Part shown: positions 22,398-33,063 of the stretch, piece by piece
Position numbering within the stretch: position 1 is the stretch's first letter
Layout: each line of letters opens with the position of its first letter
DNA from: an uncultured Bacteroidia bacterium
Lineage (GTDB): Bacteria; Bacteroidota; Bacteroidia; J057; CALLMJ01
Assembly: GCA_938006875.1 (NCBI GenBank)
Contig: CALLMJ010000025.1
Location: 1-59,942 of the forward strand
Direction: 5' to 3'
Length of the DNA: 59,942 nt
Program-made: the position numbers and the translations under genes
Notes under the pieces: model-generated
Told to the model about the DNA's origin: nothing
Seen by the model: only the letters and a program-made list of their open reading frames with translations
Databases searched by the model: none

Positions 22398-23384
22398 ATG
22401 GCACTATTACATTTTCAAATTCCAGAAAAAGTTACCATGGAAAAAAATGGTGATTTTTTTGGTCGTTTCTTGTTTAAACCCTTAGAACCCGGTTATGGTG
22501 TTACTATTGGTAATGCATTAAGACGTGTTTTGCTTTCATCTTTAGAAGGTTATGCTATCACTTCTATTAGAATTCCGGGAGTAGACCATGAATTCAGTTC
22601 AATAGATGGTGTGATTGAAGATGTAGTAAATATTATTTTAAATCTTAAAGGCGTAAGATTTAAAAAATTGGTGGAAGGTGAACATAAAATTTTTGTTTCA
22701 TTAAAAAATCAATCTGTATTTACTGCTGCGGATATTGCCAAAGCTACTAATGCTTTTGAAATCACTAATCCAGATCATGTAATATGTCATTTTTCAGGTG
22801 ATGTACTATTTGATATTGAACTTACTATTGGTAAAGGTAGAGGTTATGTACCTGCTGAAGAAAATAAACATAAAGATTCTGTTTTTGGCGAAATTGCTAT
22901 TGATTCTATTTTTACTCCCATTAAAAATGTGAAATATTTAGTTCAAAATACTAGGGTTGAACAACGTACAGATTATGAACAACTCATTATTGATGTTGAA
23001 ACAGATGGTACAATTGACCCTGAAAATGCTTTGAAAGAAGCTGCTAATATTTTGATTAAACATTTTATGCTTTTCTCTGATTCTACTTTCCAATTAAAAG
23101 CAGAAACTCAGGCTCCTAGAAAAGAAGTAGATGAAAATTATTTAGCAATGAGGAAGTTATTAAAAACTCCTTTAAATGAATTAGATCTTTCTGTTCGTGC
23201 GTATAACTGTTTGAAAGCTGCTGATATTAAAATACTAGGAGAGTTAGTGAGTTATCAAATTGGCGATATGTTAAAATTTAGAAATTTTGGAAAAAAATCT
23301 TTGGCTGAATTAGAAGAACTAGTTGCAAGTAAAGGTTTAAGTTTTGGAATGGATGTAATTAAATATAAACTTGACGAAGAATAA
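22398..23384 (+). CDS. rpoA: RNA polymerase alpha subunit
   Basis: [38 protein letters not shown]. Confidence 0.99.
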   Translation: MALLHFQIPEKVTMEKNGDFFGRFLFKPLEPGYGVTIGNALRRVLLSSLEGYAITSIRIPGVDHEFSSIDGVIEDVVNIILNLKGVRFKKLVEGEHKIFVSLKNQSVFTAADIAKATNAFEITNPDHVICHFSGDVLFDIELTIGKGRGYVPAEENKHKDSVFGEIAIDSIFTPIKNVKYLVQNTRVEQRTDYEQLIIDVETDGTIDPENALKEAANILIKHFMLFSDSTFQLKAETQAPRKEVDENYLAMRKLLKTPLNELDLSVRAYNCLKAADIKILGELVSYQIGDMLKFRNFGKKSLAELEELVASKGLSFGMDVIKYKLDEE

Positions 23385-23875
23385 TGAGACATAGAAATAA
23401 AGTTAAACATCTTGGTAAAACCAGTACCCATGTTAAAGCTATGCTTTCAAACATGGCTTGTTCCTTGATTCAACATAAAAGAATTATCACTACGCTTGCG
23501 AAAGCTAAAGTTCTTAGAAGATATGTTGAACCATTAATTACTAAATCTAAAAATGATGTAACGCATTCAAGACGCATCGTTTTTAGTTATTTAAAAAATA
23601 AATACGCAGTGAAAGAGCTTTTTGGGATTGTTGCTCCAGCTATTATGGATAGACCAGGAGGTTATACACGTATATTAAAACTTGGACCCCGTAAAAGCGA
23701 TTCTACTGAAATGGCTTTGATTGAATTGGTTGATTTTAATGAATATTACCAAAAAGATTCTGTAGCAAAAGATAAAAAATCTACTCGTAGAAGAAGAAAA
23801 AAAACTGATTCTAAATCAACAAATGTGGTTGTGAATAATACGGATAATCCTTCTGAGGAAAATTCTGCTGAATAG
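23384..23875 (+). CDS. rplQ: 50S ribosomal protein L17
   Basis: [21 protein letters not shown]. Confidence 0.98.
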   Translation: MRHRNKVKHLGKTSTHVKAMLSNMACSLIQHKRIITTLAKAKVLRRYVEPLITKSKNDVTHSRRIVFSYLKNKYAVKELFGIVAPAIMDRPGGYTRILKLGPRKSDSTEMALIELVDFNEYYQKDSVAKDKKSTRRRRKKTDSKSTNVVVNNTDNPSEENSAE

Positions 23876-23892
23876 TTTTTTAATTACAAACT

Positions 23893-23929
23893 AAAAAGCC
23901 AATTTAAAAAAAAGAAATTGGCTTTTTTT
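23893..23929 (+). terminator. Intrinsic terminator of the ribosomal superoperon
   Basis: AAAAAGCCAATTT / AAATTGGCTTTTT stem followed by a T-tract. Confidence 0.8.
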
Positions 23930-24173
23930 ATTTATAAATTTATTGATATTTAACTTTTCAATAAATTACGAAATTTATTTTCAGGGTTATAAATTTTTTT
24001 TAATCAAGATAATGTTTCAGTATAAGGATATAAATTTCCTATTTTGACAAATAATCATAAAATCAAACGGATAAAACTTTTTCTCTCTAGAAATTTTGAA
24101 TGTTAGATTCTTGAATAGGATTTTGAGTTCTTTTCATTGCATAAACTACTACATCAGAAGCTGTAGGTATGGT

Positions 24174-24923
24174 TTATTGTATTCCATATCTTACAAGAAA
24201 ATCTATTCCTTTCAATACCAAATTAGGGTCTAATTCATGTTCAAAATTAACATGACTGCTGAAAAAAAAAGCATCGCCACCCGTTAAAATTACTTTTAAA
24301 GGTTTTACACAAATTGCTTGATAACGAGAAACCATTCCTTCCATTTCTGAAATACTAGATGACTGAACTCCTGTTCTTATAGAATCTTCGGTGGTTTGTC
24401 CTATAAATGGAAAATTTTCATTAAAATTCACTAATGGTAATTTAGCGGTGTATTGATTTAAGACTTTGAATTTTAAGGACATTCCAGGAGTTATTGCTCC
24501 ACCTAAATATTCATTTCTTTCATTCATAAAATCATAAGTAATAGCTGTTCCAGCATCTATAACCAATAAAGGTTGATTAGGATAACTTAAATAAGCACCA
24601 GCAATACCGCATAATCTATCCATTCCTAAAGTTTCAGGAGTTTTATACAAATTGTAAAAAGGTAACTGGGTTTTAGGATGGATTTCCCATAGAACACATT
24701 CTGAAAATTCCGTTAAGAAACTGAGTCTTTCATTTTCTTTAATTCCTACATTAGAAACTCCGATATGCTTAATATTTTTATCAAGAATCCATTGTTCAAA
24801 AGTAATTTGAATAATTCTTAGGTCATCATCTTGAGAGAAAGAAATACCGGATTCATATTGGCCATTATCAAAAACAGCTGCTTTGATTCGGGAGTTACCT
24901 ATATCTAAACATAATAAACGCAC
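24174..24923 (-). CDS. coaX: Type III pantothenate kinase (probable GTG start at 24923)
   Basis: LDIGNSRIK, LGMDR, VIDAGTAIT, GGAITPG, LTGGD. TATTTTTG promoter element at 24946-24939. Confidence 0.92.
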   Translation of the reverse strand: MRLLCLDIGNSRIKAAVFDNGQYESGISFSQDDDLRIIQITFEQWILDKNIKHIGVSNVGIKENERLSFLTEFSECVLWEIHPKTQLPFYNLYKTPETLGMDRLCGIAGAYLSYPNQPLLVIDAGTAITYDFMNERNEYLGGAITPGMSLKFKVLNQYTAKLPLVNFNENFPFIGQTTEDSIRTGVQSSSISEMEGMVSRYQAICVKPLKVILTGGDAFFFSSHVNFEHELDPNLVLKGIDFLVRYGIQ

Positions 24924-25046
24924 AGAGTATTTTTTGAGCAAAAATAAACGAATTGCAAATAAAACGAATATAAATTTAGAAAAAAATTTTGTTGGCAATA
25001 TAAATTGTTGTAACTTGCGGGACTTTTTAAAAAATCATAATAAAAT

Positions 25047-25499
25047 ATGGATAGTGTAAGTTACAAGACCCTTAACGCTAACAAGCAAACGGTCAAGCCT
25101 GAATGGTATTTAGTAGATGCCGAAGGTCAGACGTTGGGGCGTTTAGCTTCTCAAATTGTTAATTATTTGAGAGGTAAACATAAAACCGATTTTACCCCTC
25201 ATGTATTGATGGGTACACATGTTATTGTTATAAACGCCGAGAAGGTGAGATTAACAGGAAAAAAAATGACGGATAAAATCTATTTGCATCATACGGGTTA
25301 CCCAGGTGGACAAAGAGAAAGAACTCCAAAAGAAATTCTCGCAAAAAAACCCTGTGAGTTATTAGAAATTGCGATTAGAAAAATGCTCCCTAAAAATAAA
25401 TTAGGTGCAAAAATTTTTAGTCAGTATTTACATGTTTACGCAGGTGGAAAGCATCCCCATGAAGCTCAAAACCCTCAACTTCTTACTATTAAACTCTAA
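25047..25499 (+). CDS. rplM: 50S ribosomal protein L13
   Basis: WYLVDA..LGRLAS, GKHK..FTPH, HTGYPGG. Confidence 0.99.
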   Translation: MDSVSYKTLNANKQTVKPEWYLVDAEGQTLGRLASQIVNYLRGKHKTDFTPHVLMGTHVIVINAEKVRLTGKKMTDKIYLHHTGYPGGQRERTPKEILAKKPCELLEIAIRKMLPKNKLGAKIFSQYLHVYAGGKHPHEAQNPQLLTIKL

Positions 25500-25513
25500 A
25501 TTTATTGATTTTT

Positions 25514-25903
25514 ATGGAACAAATTCATACAGTTGGAAGAAGAAAAACATCCGTAGTAAGATTATATTTTAGAGAAGGTAGTGGTACTTTTATTATTAAT
25601 GGTAGAGATTATAAAGACTATCTTCAAAATGAAGTATTAATTTTGAAAGTTAATCAACCCTTTGAATTAACGGGAGTAGATTTAGCACCTTACAGCATTT
25701 ATATTAATGCATATGGAGGCGGTATTAATGGACAAGCAGAAGCTATTCGTTTAGCTTTAAGCAAAGCATTATGTGAATTAAATCCTGAATTTAGAACCGT
25801 TCTCAAAAAAGCTGGCTTCTTAACCCGCGATTCTCGCGAAGTTGAACGTAAAAAATATGGTCATAAAAAAGCTCGTAAATCATTCCAATTCTCTAAACGT
25901 TAA
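25514..25903 (+). CDS. rpsI: 30S ribosomal protein S9
   Basis: GRRKTS, GGG..GQAEAIR, ERKKYG..KARKSFQFSKR. Confidence 0.99.
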   Translation: MEQIHTVGRRKTSVVRLYFREGSGTFIINGRDYKDYLQNEVLILKVNQPFELTGVDLAPYSIYINAYGGGINGQAEAIRLALSKALCELNPEFRTVLKKAGFLTRDSREVERKKYGHKKARKSFQFSKR

Positions 25904-25915
25904 TTTTATCACTTT

Positions 25916-26635
25916 ATGGAACGCGTTACCTATGAACAATTACTAGAAGCAGGGGTGCACTTTGGGCACTTAACTATGAAATGGAACCCTGCTATGGCTC
26001 CTTATATATTCATGCAAAAAAATGGTATTCATATCATTGATTTGTTGAAAACTGAAAAAATGTTAGAAGATGCATGCAAGTTTGTTAAGCAAATAGCTAA
26101 AAATAATAGAAAAATTCTTTTTGTTGGTACTAAAAAGCAAGCACAAGAAATTATTAAATCTGCTGCGGAAAGAACCAATATGCCTTATGTAACTGAAAGA
26201 TGGTTAGGAGGTATGTTAACTAACTTCTCTACAATTCGTAAATCTGTAAAAAAAATGGAAAGTCTTCAAAAAATGGAAACTGATGGTACTTACGAAAATC
26301 TTTCCAAAAAAGAAAAATTAATGATTGGTAGAGAAGTTGAAAAACTTGAAAAAGTTTTAGGTGGTATTTCTGATATGAATCATATTCCAGCAGCTATTTT
26401 TATTATTGATGTAAAAAAAGAACATATTGCAGTAGCAGAAGCCCAAAGATTAAATATCCCTACTATTGGTTTAGTGGATACCAACTCCAATCCTAATGTT
26501 GTTAATTTTCCTATTCCTGGAAATGATGATGCAACAAAATCTATAGCTATTATAACTGAAGCTATTGTTAATGCTATTTTAGAAGGTTACAACGAAAAAA
26601 GAACTGAAAAAGAAATAGTAGATAAAGAAGAATAA
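25916..26635 (+). CDS. rpsB: 30S ribosomal protein S2
   Basis: LLEAGVHFGH, RWLGGMLTNF, PGNDDA. Confidence 0.99.
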   Translation: MERVTYEQLLEAGVHFGHLTMKWNPAMAPYIFMQKNGIHIIDLLKTEKMLEDACKFVKQIAKNNRKILFVGTKKQAQEIIKSAAERTNMPYVTERWLGGMLTNFSTIRKSVKKMESLQKMETDGTYENLSKKEKLMIGREVEKLEKVLGGISDMNHIPAAIFIIDVKKEHIAVAEAQRLNIPTIGLVDTNSNPNVVNFPIPGNDDATKSIAIITEAIVNAILEGYNEKRTEKEIVDKEE

Positions 26636-26656
26636 ATTTTTTCATAAATAAAAATT

Positions 26657-26684
26657 AAACGGTGGGTTATGCCTACCGTTTTTT
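26657..26684 (+). terminator. Intrinsic terminator after rpsB
   Basis: AAACGGTGGGT-tat-GCCTACCGTTT followed by a T-tract. Confidence 0.8.
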
Positions 26685-26732
26685 ATTTAAGTTTGTTTGT
26701 ATTTTGGGGGAATTAGATTTTTATAATGAATA

Positions 26733-26835
26733 TTTTGTACGATTCCCTTGCTTTGCTGAGTAACGGGATGCTACGTTTACAATTTCGGTGAATCTCAATA
26801 TATCACAATTCTTTTCGCTTCACTCAAAGGCAGTC
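26733..26835 (+). repeat. Dispersed repeat, copy A (intergenic)
   Basis: Shares an exact 27-mer TCAATATATCACAATTCTTTTCGCTTC and TCAAAGGCAGT with copy D, and GGG(A/T)TGCTACGTTTACA with copy B. Confidence 0.8.
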
Positions 26836-26841
26836 AAACCC

Positions 26842-27483
26842 TTATCTTTGATTCATTTTGTTTACTAATTCTTCTAAAACCTCTTTGGGTATTGTATGAC
26901 CACCTTGAAATAAAATAAGTTCATAATCAATAGATTGTTTATTGAGCCAGTCTTTAATCGTTTGAGGATTAACCCATTGAGCATAAGGGTCATCTTGAGC
27001 ATAGACCAACCATAAATTTTCTACATAAAAAGATTGAAGAGGCTCCATCGGAATACTTCCAGCCCAAACTACTAAATGATGAACAGGAATTTTTTGTTGT
27101 TGAATCCATCTCCATGCTGTGGATACCCCTTGAGAAAAACCCAATACATTCAACTCTTCTAAATTTTTTAAGGGTTTCACTAATTCTTTATAAACTTTAT
27201 TGATATAAATTTGTTGTTCTTGAATATCCAATAAACGGTCATCTTTTGTCATCCAAGAGGCACCCACCTTTTCATATTGAGGGTCTAAATAAAAACGAGA
27301 TAAAGCCTCAGGAACAATAACTAATGTATCTTCATGAAACAAACTTTCTAACTTCGGCAAAAAATATTGCCCTAGCATTCCATAGCCATGAAAACATATC
27401 CAACATTTTTTTATGTTTTGATGGGGTTTTTGGCTAAGGTAAATACGAGCTTGTTTTTCTATCGGTAAATAAATTTTTTCCAT
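26842..27483 (-). CDS. Alpha/beta hydrolase (phospholipase/carboxylesterase family)
   Basis: FHGYG oxyanion motif, GFSQG nucleophile elbow, DDPY, GGH. Start moved to MEKIYLP, downstream of TATTTTTG (27501-27494). Confidence 0.85.
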   Translation of the reverse strand: MEKIYLPIEKQARIYLSQKPHQNIKKCWICFHGYGMLGQYFLPKLESLFHEDTLVIVPEALSRFYLDPQYEKVGASWMTKDDRLLDIQEQQIYINKVYKELVKPLKNLEELNVLGFSQGVSTAWRWIQQQKIPVHHLVVWAGSIPMEPLQSFYVENLWLVYAQDDPYAQWVNPQTIKDWLNKQSIDYELILFQGGHTIPKEVLEELVNKMNQR

Positions 27484-27637
27484 GAGTTTTGTGCAAAAAT
27501 AATACATTGATATGCAATTTGATAGTTTTTTATAAACTTCAGTAATTTTACGTAATTTTAATTAAAAAAACGTGTTAACTAAGAATGGCATAGTAAATTG
27601 TGTTAAATTTGTGGCTCAAAATAAATTTTTAAGATTT

Positions 27638-28327
27638 ATGAAAAAAATAGCATTTATCGTAACAATATTAAGCCTATTTAGTTTAAAAACTACAGCTCAA
27701 ATCACAGCGGGTAGAATTTATTTAGGCGGAGGTTTAGGTTTCAGCTCTGGTTCAGGCAAAACCACTGTTAAAACCAGTAACTCTACAACGGAAATTAAAG
27801 ATCCTATCAGAACCACTTTTGAAATAGCACCTGGTGCTGGTTACATTTTGTCTGATAAATTTGGCGTTGGATTAAACTTTGGCTTCAATTCTTCTACTAG
27901 TAAAGAAGATAGTACAAATTATAGTGATAAATCCACTTCTTCTTCTTTTTTCGTTAATCCGTATTTCCGTTATTATATGATGTTGGAAGATAATTTTGGA
28001 TTTACGGGTACTTTAAACATTCGTTTAGGCTCTGGTAGAAGTAAAAGCGAAACCACAATTGCAAATATAACTACTACTGTAGAAGGTCCTAAACTAAGCA
28101 GTATGTCAATTGGTATTACCCCTGGAATTATCTATTTCCCTACAAATAAAATTGGTTTAGAGGCAAATATCGGATTTTTAGGTTTTGCATCTAGTACCTC
28201 TAAACAAGAAACAGTTTTTGGTAATTCTGTTGTTACAACTACAAGTACAAACTCTTCTTTTGGTTTGAATGTAGATACATTTACACCAGCTTTTAATGTA
28301 GGTTTCTTTTATTACATAGGAGAATAA
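27638..28327 (+). CDS. Outer-membrane beta-barrel protein (small, OmpA/PorT-like)
   Basis: Signal peptide MKKIAF..TTAQ, alternating amphipathic strands, C-terminal VGFFYY. TAAATTTG promoter element at 27604-27611. Confidence 0.75.
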   Translation: MKKIAFIVTILSLFSLKTTAQITAGRIYLGGGLGFSSGSGKTTVKTSNSTTEIKDPIRTTFEIAPGAGYILSDKFGVGLNFGFNSSTSKEDSTNYSDKSTSSSFFVNPYFRYYMMLEDNFGFTGTLNIRLGSGRSKSETTIANITTTVEGPKLSSMSIGITPGIIYFPTNKIGLEANIGFLGFASSTSKQETVFGNSVVTTTSTNSSFGLNVDTFTPAFNVGFFYYIGE

Positions 28328-28348
28328 TTTTTGAAAGAAATTTTTGAA

Positions 28349-28379
28349 AGAAAAGGGGCTTACTAAAGCCTCTTTTTTT
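28349..28379 (+). terminator. Intrinsic terminator
   Basis: AAAAGGGGCTT-acta-AAGCCTCTTTT followed by T's. Confidence 0.7.
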
Positions 28380-28426
28380 ATGATTTTTTTTGATAATATT
28401 CTCATTTATACTATTTTTGCCATAGT

Positions 28427-29410
28427 ATGAAATCTTTCATTGAAAATTTTTCTAATCAATTAGAAGAAGCCTCAAGTGTTGCATCTCAAATTTCTATTCA
28501 TTTTCCTTCAAAATCATTTAATAATATTACGATTTTAGGATTAGGCGGTTCTGCATTTGGTGCAGAATTGTTGAAAAATTATACAGAAAAATCTTTATCC
28601 ATTCCTATTACTATCATAAGAGATTATTCCATTCCTAAATATATTAATGAAAACTCTTTAGTGATTGCTAGTTCATATTCAGGTAATACCGAAGAAACTT
28701 TATCGGCTCTTCATGAATGTATTCAAGCAAAAGCTTTTATGGTTTGTATTACTTCGGGTGGAAAATTATTAGAAATTGCCAAACAAAATCATTATCCATA
28801 TATCCAATTACCAACGGGTTATCCGCCAAGAACAGCAGCAGGATTTTCTTTTATTTCCAAAGTAACTATACTTTATAAGTTCCATTTAATTCCTGATTTT
28901 CAAGCAGATTTTCAAGAAACCTTAAATTTAATTCAATCTTTCTCTGATTTTGAATCCGTTCGTAAAATAGCCCAAAATTTTTATCAAACTATACCTGTAA
29001 TTTATAGCTCGCCTGCAAATGAATCTGTTTCTATACGATTAAGACAACAAATACAAGAAAATTCTAAACAACTTTGTTGGCACCATGTCATACCAGAAAT
29101 GAATCATAATGAATTGGTGGGTTGGGAATTGCCTCTTTTTGCTTTTGAAAAAACTCATGTTCTATTGATTAGAAGTAATCATGACCATCAAAGAATTCAA
29201 TATCGTTTAGATTTTGTAAAACAAAAATTAGAATCCAAAGGAGTAAAAGTTTCTGAAATTTATCTAAAAGGAAATTCAAAAATGGCTCAATTAATATATG
29301 GACTTTATTTTTCTGATTGGGTTTCTTACGAACTTGCTTTATTAAACCAAGTTGATCCTACGCCCGTTACGGTGATTGATGAACTGAAAAATAGCCTTGC
29401 GGCTAAATGA
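28427..29410 (+). CDS. Bifunctional phosphoglucose/phosphomannose isomerase (SIS family)
   Basis: GLGGSA, SYSGNTEET, TSGG.L, PPR, ENSK, PEMNHNE, DPTPV. Confidence 0.9.
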   Translation: MKSFIENFSNQLEEASSVASQISIHFPSKSFNNITILGLGGSAFGAELLKNYTEKSLSIPITIIRDYSIPKYINENSLVIASSYSGNTEETLSALHECIQAKAFMVCITSGGKLLEIAKQNHYPYIQLPTGYPPRTAAGFSFISKVTILYKFHLIPDFQADFQETLNLIQSFSDFESVRKIAQNFYQTIPVIYSSPANESVSIRLRQQIQENSKQLCWHHVIPEMNHNELVGWELPLFAFEKTHVLLIRSNHDHQRIQYRLDFVKQKLESKGVKVSEIYLKGNSKMAQLIYGLYFSDWVSYELALLNQVDPTPVTVIDELKNSLAAK

Positions 29411-30342
29411 AAAATTCTTACAAAATTGGATTAGTTTTTTTGGGTAGCATTCTATTGCTCTATTTATTCATAATCTGGGGTACTCAAACTCAACTATTTC
29501 AGTCTAATACTACTAAATATTTTATTGATTTTGAAAATGTAAATGGACTAAAAGTTTCTGACCCTGTTTTGATTCGTGGTTTAGAAGTAGGAAGAGTTGC
29601 TAATATTGAACTTAAAGATGAATTTTGCCGTGTAGAAATTATTTTAAAAAATTCTTATTCTTTAAAAAATCAAACAAAAGCAGAAATTCAAATTCGAGAA
29701 CTTCTTTCTGGTAAACAATTGGTTTTATTTCCTGATGGTAACCAAATTTTACCTAACGGATCTATCATTAAAGGAAGTTCAACTTTTGATTTTTCTTATG
29801 CACTTTCAAAAATGGGTAAACTTATTCAATTTCTTGAACAACAAAATTTTGATTTTCAAAAGTTTAATTTATGGATTCATAAAATTGATACTTTATTTCA
29901 AAATCCTTACTTGTTTCAATTGCCAGAACAACTCTCTCATACTCTTCTACACATTGACCAAATTACTTTACAATTACAACAAAAAAAACTGATTGTTAAA
30001 TTTGATTCTGTTACTACTCAAATTCAAAATTTACTATCTGATTTTTCTCAAACTCAAAAAAAATTAGATGAAATCCTTCTGTCTTCAAAACCTATTGTTG
30101 GGAAAATGGATACTACTTTCAATCAATTAGATAGTGTTCTTATACAAAGTAAGAGTTTATTAACAAAGCTCAATGAAAGTATAGAAAAAATTCAAAATCA
30201 AGAAACAGCAATGAACGCTATGCTTTTTAAAGAGGATTTTTACAAAGATATTCAAAAAACCTTACAAAACTTAAATATTACATTAGATCACATACGCGAA
30301 AAAAGAATACGTGTATTAGCAAAAATATGGGGTAAGGAGTAA
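29407..30342 (+). CDS. MlaD/MCE family protein
   Basis: N-terminal TM, F.NVNGL..SDPV..RG.EVG.V MCE motif, helical C-terminus. Confidence 0.8.
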   Translation: MKNSYKIGLVFLGSILLLYLFIIWGTQTQLFQSNTTKYFIDFENVNGLKVSDPVLIRGLEVGRVANIELKDEFCRVEIILKNSYSLKNQTKAEIQIRELLSGKQLVLFPDGNQILPNGSIIKGSSTFDFSYALSKMGKLIQFLEQQNFDFQKFNLWIHKIDTLFQNPYLFQLPEQLSHTLLHIDQITLQLQQKKLIVKFDSVTTQIQNLLSDFSQTQKKLDEILLSSKPIVGKMDTTFNQLDSVLIQSKSLLTKLNESIEKIQNQETAMNAMLFKEDFYKDIQKTLQNLNITLDHIREKRIRVLAKIWGKE

Positions 30343-30361
30343 TCTACTAATACGTTTATTT

Positions 30362-30805
30362 TTAGCTACTAAAAAACATTTGAGATAAAGCATGAAGATT
30401 TGAAGGCTTTTCTTTTTGAATGTCATCAAAAGAAAGAAATTGAATATCATTTAAAATTTGATTTTCTAGAAAGAGTTCAGGGTCAAAACCTAAAATATAA
30501 TTTTTGTCATCAGTAGTTACTTCAAAAAAAAGTTCTAATGCATGTAAAGGAAGTTGAATAAATTCATGAAAAGTAATAAACTTATTTACTTGAATTTTTA
30601 ATCCGGTTTCTTCTTTAAACTCTCTTTTTAAACATTCTTCAATGGTTTCACCGTAATTTAAACCACCTCCTGGAGGTGCCCATAAATAATCTTCTCCGAG
30701 GTTTAAATGCTTCAAAAATAAAATTTTATTTTCTTTTTTTAAAATTCCGCAAACTCTGATACGAATTTGCTTACCAAAAAAGTTTTCTATGAATTCTTTA
30801 TTCAA
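30362..30805 (-). CDS. NUDIX hydrolase
   Basis: Nudix box PGGG..YGETIEECLKREFKEETG. Confidence 0.9.
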   Translation of the reverse strand: MNKEFIENFFGKQIRIRVCGILKKENKILFLKHLNLGEDYLWAPPGGGLNYGETIEECLKREFKEETGLKIQVNKFITFHEFIQLPLHALELFFEVTTDDKNYILGFDPELFLENQILNDIQFLSFDDIQKEKPSNLHALSQMFFSS

Positions 30806-31716
30806 AGTGAAATTTTTTTAAGTTGTTCATCAACAATTTTTAGACCTTCTAAAAATGTACGGGGATTATAACCTAAAATTTGCTGAGCCTTACGGATATT
30901 TAAGCCTGTGATGGGAGGTCTTTTTGCGGGTTGTTTTATAGTATGAGATAAAGTAGGTTTAATGAGTTGAGTATCTAAATTCCAAAATTTTGCAACTTGT
31001 ATAGCAATTTCAAAGATAGTCATTTTATCAGGGCCACCGATATTAAAAATTCCTTCTGCATTTTTTAAAGCCATTAAAATTAATCCTTGGGCTACATCAT
31101 CCGCTAAAGTAGGCGTTCTGAGTTGGTCAATGACTACATTGATGGTTTTATTTTCTTCTAAGGATTTTTTTACCCACAAAACAATATTGGAACGGCTCAT
31201 GTCTTTACTTACACCGTAAACTAAAATGGTTCTAGCAATAGCCCATGAAATTTTACTTTTTATAATTAATTCTTCTGCTTGTAATTTAGAATTTCCATAA
31301 ATAGAAAGTGGGTTAGGCTTTGCTTCTTCATCATAGGGACCATCTGTACCATCAAAAATAAAATCTGTTGATACATGTATCAGTTTAGAAGCATGTTTTT
31401 CACAAGCTTGAATTAAATATTCAACGGAATCTACATTTCCTTTTTGACATTCTAAGGGATTCAATTCACAATAATCCACATTGGTAATGGCTGCACAATG
31501 AATCACTTGCTGGATAGGAAAATTATCAAAAAGATGATTGATTTCGTTTTTTTGAGTAATATCTAAAGGAATATAAATAGCATTTTGGGTTTCTGGAATA
31601 CGTGAAGGACCTTTGCCTGTTGCTATTACTTGAATGGGCTTTTCATTGAATTGTTCAATAATTTTTTGACCCACTAAGCCATTAGCTCCTGTTACTAAAA
31701 GGGTAGATTTTTCCAT
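30802..31716 (-). CDS. RmlD-like SDR oxidoreductase (dTDP-4-dehydrorhamnose reductase family)
   Basis: TGANGLVG, VSTDFIFDG, YGNSK, DQLRTPT, AKRP. Confidence 0.85.
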   Translation of the reverse strand: MEKSTLLVTGANGLVGQKIIEQFNEKPIQVIATGKGPSRIPETQNAIYIPLDITQKNEINHLFDNFPIQQVIHCAAITNVDYCELNPLECQKGNVDSVEYLIQACEKHASKLIHVSTDFIFDGTDGPYDEEAKPNPLSIYGNSKLQAEELIIKSKISWAIARTILVYGVSKDMSRSNIVLWVKKSLEENKTINVVIDQLRTPTLADDVAQGLILMALKNAEGIFNIGGPDKMTIFEIAIQVAKFWNLDTQLIKPTLSHTIKQPAKRPPITGLNIRKAQQILGYNPRTFLEGLKIVDEQLKKISL

Positions 31717-31761
31717 TTTTAAATAATGGCAAAAATAAAGTTATAAAAGGGTTTTTCAAAA

Positions 31762-32868
31762 TCAATTTATCCAATATTCTTTGCCTGTTTTATCAATATA
31801 ACCTAATTTTCCATTAATTTCAACTAAAGCAATACCATTTTGGAAACTTCTTTTGATTTCATTGTATTTATTGGGGATAATTATTTTGCCTTGTGGATTG
31901 ATAAAACCCCATTTTCCTTTTAATTGAACGGCAGCTAAACCCTCTGAAAAAGGTTTTGCATCTTCAAAATTTTGAGTAGATATTTTATTTCCTTGTTTAT
32001 CAATAAAATTTATATTGCCAGCACTATCTATTTTTGCATAGCCTTCTTTAAATGGATAAACCTCATCAAAAATAGCAGGTATCACTAAATTTCCTTTTTT
32101 ATCAATAGCACCTTGTCTTCTATTAATTTTAACACTCGCAAGTCCTTCATGAAAATTATAAGCCCAATCATAATTAAAGGGTATTGAAGTAAAATCTAAC
32201 TTATCAATGAAACCATATTTACCATTTTTACTTACAGCCGCTAAACCCTCATTAAAACCTTCACCTTTAAAATTATCGTACTTAAATAAATTGACTACTT
32301 CACGACCATTTTTATCAATAAATCCCCATTTCGTACCGATTCTTACCGCTGCATATTCTTCATTAAATGACTTTACCTCATCATATTGAATAGGAATTAC
32401 TTCTTTTCCATTTTTATCTATAAAGCCCCATTTATATCTTTTGCATACAGCAGCTAAACCTTCTTTAAAGGGTTCTATGCATTCATAAATAGGCTGTATA
32501 ATAAATTTACCGGTTTTATCCACCATTCCAATTTTCCCTTGTTTAACAATTGCATAACCATTAATAAATTCGTACGGATTTTCTATTTCAGCATCTAAAT
32601 CATTAGATAAATCCAGTACTTCAAATTCAAAAGATGTGATAGACTCCCCTTCTTTATTTATCATTGCATAAGCGTCATTTTTTTTTACAAAAGCTACATC
32701 TTCGTGAAAAGGCATCACTTCATCATATTTGCATTCAATAACAATTTTTTTGGTTTTATCAGCAAAACCCCATAAATCACCCTTACGAAATGGAATGAGT
32801 TCATGGTTCTGAGCTATTAATTGAAGAAATCCGAAACTTAATACAAATAGTAAAATCTTTTTCATCAT
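31762..32868 (-). CDS. Secreted WG-repeat (KWG) protein
   Basis: Signal peptide ending AQ; many KWGFID.NG / F.EGLAAV repeats. Confidence 0.9.
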   Translation of the reverse strand: MMKKILLFVLSFGFLQLIAQNHELIPFRKGDLWGFADKTKKIVIECKYDEVMPFHEDVAFVKKNDAYAMINKEGESITSFEFEVLDLSNDLDAEIENPYEFINGYAIVKQGKIGMVDKTGKFIIQPIYECIEPFKEGLAAVCKRYKWGFIDKNGKEVIPIQYDEVKSFNEEYAAVRIGTKWGFIDKNGREVVNLFKYDNFKGEGFNEGLAAVSKNGKYGFIDKLDFTSIPFNYDWAYNFHEGLASVKINRRQGAIDKKGNLVIPAIFDEVYPFKEGYAKIDSAGNINFIDKQGNKISTQNFEDAKPFSEGLAAVQLKGKWGFINPQGKIIIPNKYNEIKRSFQNGIALVEINGKLGYIDKTGKEYWIN

Positions 32869-32996
32869 AAGTTTATCAATGGCAAAATTATTGCCAAAAC
32901 GAATAAATCAAAGAATTAATCTTTTGAAATAATCCACAAAATGAATTTTTAGCAATTTTTAAACTTTAGTTTTGTGAAAAATTTATAGAAAAAACT

Positions 32997-33036
32997 AAAA
33001 AAAACCTATACTGCTTTCACAGCATAGGTATTTTTT
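32997..33036 (-). terminator. Probable terminator downstream of lat
   Basis: Imperfect ACCTAT.CTG / CAG.ATAGGT stem flanked by A- and T-tracts. Confidence 0.55.
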
Positions 33037-33063
33037 ATCAAGCTCGCTTAAAATGTTGAAAAC

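Noticed and set aside
23930-24173. ~240-bp spacer between rplQ and coaX as a possible sRNA or ORF
   Set aside because: AT-rich, with no convincing promoter, stable fold or ORF.
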